Positions 47,753-57,808 of a DNA stretch of 64,000 bases are shown here, in pieces. Source of the stretch: Podarcis muralis. Its lineage: Eukaryota. The position numbers and the translations under genes were made by a program. Numbering within the stretch: position 1 is the stretch's first letter; each line of letters opens with the position of its first letter. The DNA lies in the NCBI RefSeq assembly GCF_964188315.1, contig NC_135661.1, positions 43,958,001 through 44,022,000 of the forward strand. Direction: 5' to 3'. A model generated the notes under the pieces. The model saw only the letters and a list, made by a program, of their open reading frames with translations. It did not search any database and was not told the DNA's origin.

Positions 47753-50700
47753 CTTGAGGCGCTCACACTCAATACGCCGCTCATCCACTTCACTTTTCAA
47801 GCGTTTATTCTCTTGCTGGAGTCTCTCCATTAGCCCATGGAGGTGGCTGTGGAAAGAAGCTGCCTTAACAAAGGCGAACAAACAGCCATGCAGCAAGCTT
47901 TGGACTTTACACATGAGGATAATAGGACAGGGAAAGGAGGAGCGCCTGAATTTTAAAAACACCTCTTGTCCTGCACAATATTTGGAGATGTGGGGTGGAG
48001 GCAGGGGAAGTTGGGACCAGCAGGTGAGCCTACTGCCCACCCCTTGAGGAAGAGCAGAAGTGTGGGAGGCCTGGAGGCACTTACTCCCTCTCGCCCGTCA
48101 GCTGAGCAATTTGCTTGATCTGGTCCCGGATCTTGTCGCCCAACTTCTCGTTCACCTGCCTGCAACGAGACACCAGTTGGGAGGAAGTAACAAGAGGCAA
48201 AGAAAGGTGGTAAACAGTACTGCTAGAGCCCATTCCCACCCACCCACCCCAGGAGGAGAAGGCTGCCACAGCCAGGTGGCACAAACTCACTTCTGCTCCT
48301 TCACCCACTGGCTGACGTTGGCCACCACCAACTCACTCTCATGATGCAGGCGGTAGCTGTCGGCCCGTGCTGTCTCCAGGGAGGTCTGCAGGGATTCCAC
48401 CTGCCAGGGAAGAAGAGGGCAGTCTAGGAAGGCCACCCTGGCATGGTTCCAGAAGTGCAAAGCAACCTCCACTGGCCCCTCCCCGCTATTGCCCCTAAAC
48501 TATTCTGAAAGGGCCAAAGAATGAAGAGCAGAGCCAGATGCAAACAAGACTCCCAAATGGCAACCACAAGGTCTCTGGTGAGCCACAGACTAAGAGCCCT
48601 GCTGCAGCAGGCTTAGAGCTCCATCTGGTGCGGTATTTGGGGGTCCAAACCAGGTGCTGCCAGGAAACCCAAAGGCAGAGGATCAGGTCTAAAACATTTC
48701 CCAGTGCCTGGTATTCAGAGATAGATTGCCTCTGGACAAGGAGGTTCCACAAAGCTATCATGGCCAACATCTATTGGCACATCTCTTTGTCTTGATTGTC
48801 TACTCCCCCATTTAAACCATTCTAATTGGCAGCCGTCGTCACGCCCTGTGGCAGTGAGTGCTATCAACGAGTTCTACGTTGTGTGAAAAGGAACCTTCTT
48901 TGGTCTTCTGCAAATTCATTTGCTTGCCCTTGAATCTCAGTGGGTGGTCTCACTGTGCCACCAGCAAAACTTCAACCTTGGTCAAGTTCCACTTGAGGAC
49001 AGCACCAGACCTTAGAGAGGATGTGGACAAGTGGAAGAGGATGCAAAGGAGAGTATCAGAGATGCTCAAGAACTTGGCAGGGCAACCGGCCCTGAGGAAA
49101 GGCTGGAGAAGAGCAGCAGCAGGTGAAGGGAGGGACAAGACAAAGCTGGAGGAAGCTGAGCAACAAAGAGAAGGAAAGGAGAGAAAGAACGAGATCAGCT
49201 GAGCTCTAACTCTGGAGAGAAGAACAAACCAAGGCTTATAGGGGCCGAAGGGTGGGGAGGGGAGGGAGAGAGTATTTGCTGGGCAACCTCAGTGCATGGG
49301 GTGCAACCAGCTCTGGCTTTGAGGCTAGACAGGCCTGTTGCTTTCACAACTCCCTGAGGCAGCCAGGCCAGCCTGTTGTGACCTTTGTTGTCACCTCAGC
49401 TTGTGAATGTGCCACCCAGAGGCCATGAGGACTCTCTTAGGATGCTTCGCTTAGGGCCTTCTTCCCCAATGACTTGGGATCTGCTTTCCTCTAGGGGCAG
49501 CAGAGGTGGATGGTGCCCCTGGGGAGTCCGGGGGATGAGTCTCCTCCCCAAACTTTACTTACGTCCCGGCTGGAAACCACAAACTTCTGCCGGAGGACGT
49601 TGACTTCGTTCTGCAGCTCTTCTCTCTGCCAAAGCAGCCCCAGGAGAGGACCAAAGGAAAAGCATCAGCCACCTGAGGAGGACTTGGCTGTGTATCCCTC
49701 CACCCGGCAGGGAGCCCCTCGTCACCTCCTCTGTCGCCTGGTGACACTTCTCCTCCAGCGAGGCCAGCTCCACCTTCATCACCACCAGCTCCTCGTCCTT
49801 TTCGGCCAGAGCCCGCTCGGCCGCCCGGTGCTCCTGCTGCCAGTGCTGCACTTGGCTGCCCAGGGCGCTCAGCCGCTCCTCGGAGGCACAGGCCTGTGAA
49901 GACAGAGGAGTTGCCCACTGGGTGAGCTTGGGCTGAGCAAGAAGCCCCCTCCAGCCCTCCCTCCCTGGGCCAGGGATGCTCACCTCCTGCTCCCTCTCCC
50001 TCTGCATGGCCAGCAGCTGCTGCAGCTGCTCTCGGAAGCCGCTCAGTTCTTCCTCCAGATGGTCTGCCCTGTGCTGGGCAAGCTGCAGCTCCGCCTGCAG
50101 GCAGGACACCTCTCGGGTTCTCTGCTCCAGCTGCCAAGAAGGGAGGGTAGAGGTCATCTCCCGGCTGGCTGGCCTCCAGAAGGTGCCCAGGTTTGGCTTG
50201 GCCTTACCTGCTCCACCGCCTCCCTTTGGCTGGCCTGGCAGGACGTGGCCTGCAGCTGGAGGTCCTGGGCAATGTTCTTGGCTGCAGCCAGGGACTGGTT
50301 GCTCTGGCGCTCCTTCTCCTGGGCAGTGTGCAGCTCAGTGTGGAGCTGGGAGAGGGTGGCCTCCTGGCGCAACACCTGTGGAGTGGGGTGGGGGAGGCAA
50401 GCCTGGTCAACCTGCAGGAAGGCAGGTGAGGGCGGGGAAGTGGCAATGGCTGCCCGCACTCACCTCTGCTGTCTCCTGCTGCAGCTGCAACTGGGCGTGT
50501 TCATACTTTCTGCGGAGCACCTCCAGCTCCGTCTTCTGCTGCTTCACCTGCTCACGCAGAACACGGCTCTCTGTCTCCCGCTCTGTGGCGCAGGTGTGCA
50601 GGCTCTGGGCTTTCCACTCTTCCTCCTGCAACTGCAAGGCCAGGGGGCTGTCAGCTCCTGGGAGACTTGGGACACGCCTCCTCCCTGCAGGCCTGCCCAG

Positions 50701-53700
50701 TGGCTCACCCTGCACTGGCTGCTCTGGAGCTGATGCTGCAGCTCCTTGCATTGCTGTGCCAGCTGGCTCTCCTGCTCCTTGGCCCTTCGCAGCTGCCGTT
50801 GCAGCTCCTCCTCCTGGCGCTTCTGCTGGCCCAACTCTGCCTGCAACTCATCCAGCACCGACTGGTTCCCTTGCACCTGCGGGCAGCACATACCAGAAGG
50901 CTTCAGGCTGCCACCAGCTGAGCTCTCCCGCAGGCAGAAGCAATTGGCTTGGCTGGGATGGCAGTTGCCCTTCAGGCCTTCCCACTTTCCCCTTCCCCAC
51001 CTTCAGCTGCAGGCTCTTCAGCCCTTCCCGGCTGCTCTGTAGCTTCTGCTGCAGCCGAGATGCCTCCTTCTGGTGCTGCTGGGACTCTTGCATGGCTGCC
51101 TGGTGCTGCTGCTTTGACTGGCTCAGCTCTCCCATCAGTTGCTCCAACAGCTCTCTGGGGGAGGCAGAATCAGCAGCAAGAATAAAAACTCTGGGTCAAA
51201 GTGGTCCCATCTAGACCAGCCTCCTCTTGCTGACAGCAGGCAGCCCATTATGATGCCTCAAGAGAAGCCCCAAGCAGGGCCTGAGGACAACAGCTCCCTT
51301 CCCACCCCTCTTTGATCCTTCACAACTAGTAGCCACAGAGGGCGCCCTTCCTCTTCTGCAACCCTGTCCCCCCATAGAGACTCATGTCAGGGCCTAGGGA
51401 GACCCCCACCCCCTGCCATTTGCCACTGCAGCTGCTACCTTTTCTGCTCCAGCTCTGCTTCAGCAACGGAGAGCCTTTCATTGAGAACCCGGAGCTCTGC
51501 CTCCAGCCGGCGGCCAGCCTGTGTCTGATGTGTGAGCTCTGTGAGCCGCTCACTCAGCTGCTCCTGGGTGTTGTGCAGGCTGCTCTGGGTCAGCAGCACC
51601 TGCTCCTCCTGCTGCGCCAGCTCCCGGGCTGTGGGGTGGAGGGAGGGTCTGAGATGCTGGCAGGAGCCCCAAAGGGGAGCAGAAGAAACCAGCAGGTGGG
51701 CTGGCTGAAGCATCCCACAAGGCTCTGGGGAGGTGGGAGAGGGGATGGGTCCTCGGCTTGCTTCTCACTCCCACCTTTGCTGCTTTGCTCCAACTGTTGC
51801 CACTGCCCAGTATTCTAGTCTCAATGATACTGACAGGAATTTCTGGCTACGGAGCCTCCAGCCTCCTATGTCCTGGCCCCACTCACCAGTTTTCTGGTGC
51901 TGCTCCTGGCTCTCGTGCAAGCTCCGCCGCAGGGCCTGCACCTCGGCGCACAATGTGGCACACTCCGCTCTGCTGTGCTCCAGCTCCCGCTGGGCCTTCT
52001 GCAGGCTGGCCTCCAGGTGATGGGCACGGGCACGCTGCTGCTCCACTTCCTGCCCCTTCTCCTGCAGGGTGCTGCAGGCGTGCACCATCTCCGCCTGGGA
52101 CTTCCGCAGGATTGTATCTCGCTTCTGGATGGCCTGTGGGAGGGAGGGAGTCAGCCACAGACAAGGACCCACACACCCCAGCAAGCCTCCCAGCAAAGGC
52201 AGGCAGAGGTGCTCACCTGCTCCCTTTGAGCAACCAGCTTGCGGCTTTGCTTGAGCTCCATCTGCAGCTGCTGGACCTGCTGCTGCTGCTTGTCCCTCTC
52301 TGCTGCTGCCTCCTCATACAGGCTTTGCAAGTTCAGCTCCAGGTGAGCCAAGTCTGGGGAAAAAGGTGGCCTCTTGCTCAGCACCGGCCCAGCCCAGCCC
52401 GATGTCTGCTCAGGCCAAGAGTGGGAAGGTCTGGCCTATGTCCTTGCTACTTCCACTGGTTCCTACCGTTCAGAGCGCTGCTCTTCTGCTCAGTGACCCT
52501 CACCAGCTCCATTTTTAAATCCTGCACCAGGCTCTGGTACTCCTCAGCCTGCCGCTGGTGCTTAGAGCTCTCCTCTTCCTCTTTCAGCAGCTTCTGCTCA
52601 GAACAAAGAGAACCACGACTCAGCCTGGAGCCCTACATCTCCAGGGCTCCCCCCAGCACCCCCCAACAAGTGTTGTGGCCCGAGAGCAGGGCCTACCTGC
52701 CTGAGGGTCTCTGCGGCGACTATCTGGCTTTCATAGCTGCCGTTGGAGCAGCTGTGAGTTGCTTTGTAAGAAGCGAAGTCCCTGTGCAACGTGGACAGCG
52801 CCGCCTCTTGGTCTAGGAGCTGAAGAGCACACAGCAGTCAGTCAGAGGTGGCTCCCTCTTCTGCTGCCCGTGGGGTTGGGGGCCGAGGCAAGGCTCACCT
52901 GGACACGGTTGGCAGCCAACTCCTCCTGCAGCGCCTGGATGGTCTCTTCAGAATGGCAGGCGAGCTGCTGGCTCTGGGCCAGCTCCACCTGGGTGTCGCG
53001 CAGCTCCCGCATCAGCTTCTCAGCGGTGTCTTCCGCCCGGCTGGCCTGCCAGCATTTGCCCTTCAGCTCCTCCTGCAGGATCTGCTGCTCTGCTTGCAAC
53101 CTATAGAGGGCCTCGTCCTTTTCCTTGGCCTGCGGCAACAGGGCAAGCACAGCTTAGGGCCAGGTGAGCAGCCAGGCCCCCATGGCCACCGCCTTCCCCT
53201 CTAAACCAGGACCCCTACCTGGCAGGCGGCCTCCTCCTCCAGGCGCTGCAACTGGCACTCCAGCTCCCCGGCTCTGCTCAGCGAGGCCTGGAACTTCTTC
53301 TTGTAGAGCTCCAGGCTGCCCTCCAGGAGGGTGCTGCTGCTCTCCACCTGGCCCAGCTGCTCGTGCAGGTGCCGCTCTCGCTCGCTCTGGCAGGACAGCT
53401 CCCGCTCCTGCTTCTGGGTCACTTCCTCGTAGTAAAGGAGCTGCGGGGGGAAAGGGAGGTAGGCAACTCTGGGTGGGAGGGTAGGAGTGGGGTGTGGGGT
53501 GCAGCCAGCTGGCTGGGCTCACCTGCTCCTTGAGGACCTGGCACTGCTGAAGCAGCATCTCCAGGTCCAGCGTCTGCTTCTCGATCCGGCACTCGCGGGA
53601 CTGCAGCTTGCTGAGGTTCTCCTGGTTGCGCCCCTTGCAGATATCCAGCTCCTGCTGCAGGCGCTGCAGCTTGTCTTGCAGCTGGTCCATGTTGGCCTGG

Positions 53701-55052
53701 TGGTTCTGCTGGGCGGAGAGCTGTTCACCCCGCAGCTGCTCCAGGAGGGCGGCCTTGCTCTGGCTCTGCAAATAGCATGGGGGGGTGTTGTCATGTGAGT
53801 AAGAGGAGGGGTGCCTTGGAGCCTGGTCCCCTCTCTTCCCCATGCAGCAAGGAATGGATCTGGCCCCAAACTGGCTCCTTCCCCCTGCAGTCAGGGGTTC
53901 TGGGTGAGCACCTGGAGGAGAGGCAGCCCACAAGGATGCAAGGAGGCTGCAGACCGTTGAAGGGAAGGGAGTCAAACTTTAGGGGGTGGCAGGAAACTGA
54001 GATCAGCTGGTAGGGAAATGGGGGCCAAACTGAATTTGCAACCACCCCCACCCCCCACCAGAGGGCACGGACCTTGCTGAGGGAGGACTCCTTCTCGTGC
54101 TGGAGCTGGCAGATGAGCCGAGTCTGCTCCACTATTGCCTTCTCCTGCTCAGTGCAAGAGTCTTGCAGGCTCCTCAGCTCATCCTGCAGGTGGTGGAGCT
54201 GCCCCCTGAGGTGGTTCACTTCGGCCTCTTTACCTGCAAGCTGGCAGTGGAGGGGACAGATGAGCATCCTCAGGAGGCTGCCGGGCAATCCACACATTCA
54301 GACCATCTCATCCTGCCCCTTCTCTCCCTCCCCTGGCCTGGCTCTTTTCCTCTGTGCTATGTGAGGCAAAGCCCCCGGACCCTCATCCTTGCACTACTGC
54401 TGCTTGTCAAGATAGATCCTGAGCTGCCGACTTATAGTCAATCCAGCTTCTGGAACAGGTGAGAGCCCAGAGAACTTCACTGTGTGTTGCCCTGCGATTT
54501 GCCTGCTTGTTTCCAAACAACCTGCTGAGGACACACAAGCACCTCCTGTGACCTGCCCTTTGGTGATTGATCCTCTGCGGGGGGACAGTCTGCTGTCCTT
54601 GGGACTCTTCCCCTGCTCGGAGAACACTGGGGAGGGAGGGAGGAGGGCCTGGTTGCTGGTCACCTTGGGAGCTCCACCCTTTGTGGGCTACTTTTTCAAG
54701 ACTGCGGCAAGGAGGCTCTCCATCCCCTAAATGTCACCTCATCCTTCCCTTGCACCCGCTCCTCCTCAGCTGCTTTCAGACATCCCTGAAGTTTCACAAT
54801 CGTCTGGTCACGGAGATCGACCTAGGGGAAGAAGGGCCTGACTAAGAACTGGCAGCTTGGGGGGTGGGGATTCCAGAGACAATGCCTAGAACTTGGAACC
54901 TTCCTTGGGTGCTGCTGCAGCAACCTTCTCCCTCTGGCAGAAAGAGAGCAGGAGGCTGCTGGGCCACGAAGAGTCTCACCTGGGAGTCCTGCAACAGCTA
55001 GCCAGCCTACCTCTCGCTTGGAGGCTTCCTGCTGCTCCACCAGCGCTGCCAT
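47753..55052 (-). CDS. PMFBP1: Polyamine-modulated factor 1-binding protein 1 (sperm head-tail coupling coiled-coil protein), intact core
   Basis: In-frame GT-AG exons: (55178)55052-55011, 54821-54738, 54240-54073, 53765-53523, 53440-53219, 53129-52899, 52819-52697, 52593-52467, 52353-52217, 52133-51887, 51628-51439, 51154-51001, 50876-50709, 50631-50464, 50375-50208, 50130-49984, 49893-49726, 49625-49563, 48400-48291, 48159-48085, 47846-47753. Recalled human matches: LEGSLELYKKKFQASLSRAGELECQ, LHRDFASYKATH, EEYQSLVQDLKMEL..VTEQK, NEKLGDKIRDQIKQIAQLTGER. Syntenic position tail-to-tail with DHX38. The start codon (55052) and the terminal exon (possibly 47595-47464) are uncertain. Confidence 0.85.
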
Positions 55053-55384
55053 GCTCTGGGCCAGTTGTTGGTGCTCTGCGTGGGCGTCAGACAGCTGCTT
55101 CTGGCATCGGGAGAGCTCGTCCTGTGCTGCTTGGAAGTCAGCCTCCTTCTGCTCCGCCCGCTCTTCGCTCTGCTGCAGCTGCATCCAAGGCCAGGCAAAG
55201 CACCACGTGAGAGGATGTGGAGGGAAGGAGGCCGCAGAGAGGCACACCAGGGGGAGGTCCCGCCACACACAGAAGTCCCAGTTTAGAGGTGGAAGAAACT
55301 GGGGCAAGCTGGGCTGGGATTTGGAACAGAGTCTCTCTGGGCTTGGAGTGAGAGAGGAGCAGGAGGAGGAAGAGGAAGGCTCAC

Positions 55385-57808
55385 CTGAGTCTGGCAGGTG
55401 GAAAGCTGCTCTTGCAAGGAGGCCAGCTGCTCCTTGGTCCTCTGGGCCTGGCAAGAAAGAGAGAGAAGGGCTGAGCAGAGGCCTCAACCCCTGAGCACTT
55501 GGCAGGGACGTTGCAGCTTCAATTGCCCAGCCGTCTCCCTCCAGTGTGCCTCTTGCTCACGCACAACCTTCTGCAGGGCACTTAGCTCCTGGTCTGTCTG
55601 TCTGCAGCTCCTCCTGGAGGATGTGGGACACGCGCTGCTATTTGCTCAGCAGCTCCTTCTGCTGCCCCACCTGGTTCCAGGAAAAAAGGGCCAGGCCAAA
55701 AAAACATCTTTAGCTCCTGAGTGGGTGGGTTTCTCTGGCCCCTCCCAATTCACACTGGGCTGTACCTCACTCTGCAGCATCCTCAGCTGGTGACGTGCCA
55801 AGGACTCTTTCTGCTGAAGGTCCTGAATCTCCTCCTCCCTGCTGCGGACTCTGGACTCGGAGGCAGCCTGGGAAGCCCGAGAGGCTGCCAAGTTTTCCTG
55901 CAGCTGGTGGATAATGTCCTTGTACTGCTGCACCTGCCATGGCAACAGCGTTTTAAACAAGGTAAACACAGAAGAACCCTGCAAAGAGGCTTTGCTGCTC
56001 GGTTAACCCCAGAATTTCCCCTCCTCCAAAAAGTAGCAGTGGCAAAGGTTTTGAGACCTGCTGTTCCCGCCCCCCACCCCATATCAGTTTTTAGATGAAG
56101 GTTTTGGAGGGTATTTGGGAATTACTGAGCCTTTTTTTTTGTTTTTGTTTAACAGGCATTGCTTTTCTTGATTTCCTGGCTTTAAAATTATTTAATGGGT
56201 TATTATTGTTTGCTAATAAGGTCAGAAAGGTCCTGCTGGATCAGCCCCACTATAAAGCTACCTTATACAGTGGTACCTCAGGTTACAAACTTAATTCGTT
56301 CCAGAGGTCCGTTCTTAACCCGAAACCGTTCTTAACCTGAGGTGCACTTTGGCTAATGGGGCCTCCCGCGTTGCGATTTCCGTTCTCATCCTGGGGCAAA
56401 GTTTGCAACCCAAGGTAACTACTTCCAGGTTAGTGAAGTTTGTAACCCGAAGTGTTTGTAACCCGAAGCATTTGTAACCCGAGGTACCACTGTAATGAGT
56501 AAGGTCAATGGTCCATCTAGCTCAAGATTGACACAGACTGGCAGCAACCAGTAGGAAATCTCTCCCGGCTCCACCTAGTGATGCCACCAGGAATTGAACC
56601 TGTGTCACCCGAGCATACAAAAGCATATGGCCTAGCCCAGCCCCATCTGGTCCTCAGTGGCCAACCAGATGCCCCCAAAGGGAAGCCCACAAGCAGGGCG
56701 AAAATACAATAGCTTCGCTCCTCACTTGTGATTCTCAGCAATTGGGATCCAGAAGCATTTACTGATTCTGAGGCCAGAATTCAGCCATCTTTGTCCTTCC
56801 TAGAGTGTGTATCTGGAGACAACAGTTTCCCTCGGGATCTTTCCCTTCCACCAGGTTTTGGTTTTGCCCACAATATCTATGCTCCCCTCTAAGACAAAGA
56901 GCTCCAACTTATCCATCTTGTCTCAGAGGCTTCTAGCATTATATCGTTATCACTGGGAGCCTCTGGGAGGAACCCAGGGATGGAAGCATTTAAAAGAAAA
57001 CAAAAGAGCCCAAATGCCCAGAGACTGCAGGGAAGAGAAGGGCACGTGGTCCTCTTGGGACAAACCTCCTTCCCTCAAGCACCTTGGACTAGGGCCAGGA
57101 GAGGGACACATGGTACCTGCTGCTCTGCTGCTTGGCTATCAGCTGCTGCTCTTGCCAGCTTCGCCATTTGCTGCTTTTGCTGCCAGATATGGAAGACAAA
57201 TTGGGCACCTGCAGCTCTTTTGTGGCAGCCATGGCCTGAAAGCGAGCATCTAGCTCAGGGGATCCTCAGGCAGGCCAGCCAGCCATGAGGGTTTTCAGAC
57301 AGGAAAAGCAAGGTGTGAATGCCAGAAGCCATCAGTGGGCTCCCAGGAGGTCTTTCCAAGCCTTTCGTCCTGCTCACTTGGCTCTCTGCTCTCTCTAGCA
57401 CTAGGCCTGCCTCCTCCACTAGGGCTTGCTACATTTCCAACTCTTGCACAGCCTGCCTGCGTTCATATGCCTGGGGGCAAGGAGCGTAGGCTTGGGTAAG
57501 GCCCCCAGCATGGCTCTGTGGGGTGGGATGGCAGCTCACAGGGGGTGACAATAAAACAAGCTCTGTGGCTCCCACTGCCTCCCACTCTACCAGGTTTCTG
57601 CCTGCCCCCAAGTCCTTCATTCTGGGGGGGGGGGCTGTCCAGCTGGTCCAGCACTCTATACCTGCTCTCTGGTTCCCTGCAGGTCCTCCTGCTGCTCCTG
57701 GACTTGGATCTCCAGCTGGCAGATGAGGCCTTCCTGTTCGGTCATTTGCTGCTGCAGGGCGCTGTGGGTCTCCTGGAGTCTGTGCAGTGCCTCGCTCTGC
57801 TCCGCAGC
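55385..57808 (-). pseudogene. PMFBP1: Decayed upstream coiled-coil exons of PMFBP1
   Basis: Exon-like blocks with AG/GT ends: 57808-57662 (open), 57470-57378 (in-frame TAG at 57431-57429), 57235-57117 (119 nt, breaks phase), 55933-55766 (open), 55670-55499 (TAG at 55640-55638 plus 4-nt insertion), 55447-55385 (open). All are Q/E/L-rich like the core. Confidence 0.75.
56268..56492. mobile_element. Tc1/mariner (Tigger-like) MITE
   Basis: TA|CAGTGGTACCTCAGGTTACAAAC ... TTTGTAACCCGAGGTACCACTG|TA with internal TTTGTAACCCGAAG repeats. Same family as 9343-9557. Confidence 0.9.

Noticed and set aside
49976-52816. Long plus-strand ORFs (412 aa at 49976-51214, 352 aa at 51758-52816)
   Set aside because: Antisense shadows of PMFBP1. 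CAG/GAG-rich coding sequence and GC-rich short introns give few stops on the opposite strand, and the products are low-complexity C/S/L/A strings.
54900-54990. Extra small PMFBP1 exons between 55011 and 54821 (e.g. GACTCCCAG micro-exon, ~54933-54900 block)
   Set aside because: The implied intron is too short or the phase is incompatible. The flanking exons splice directly in phase 0.
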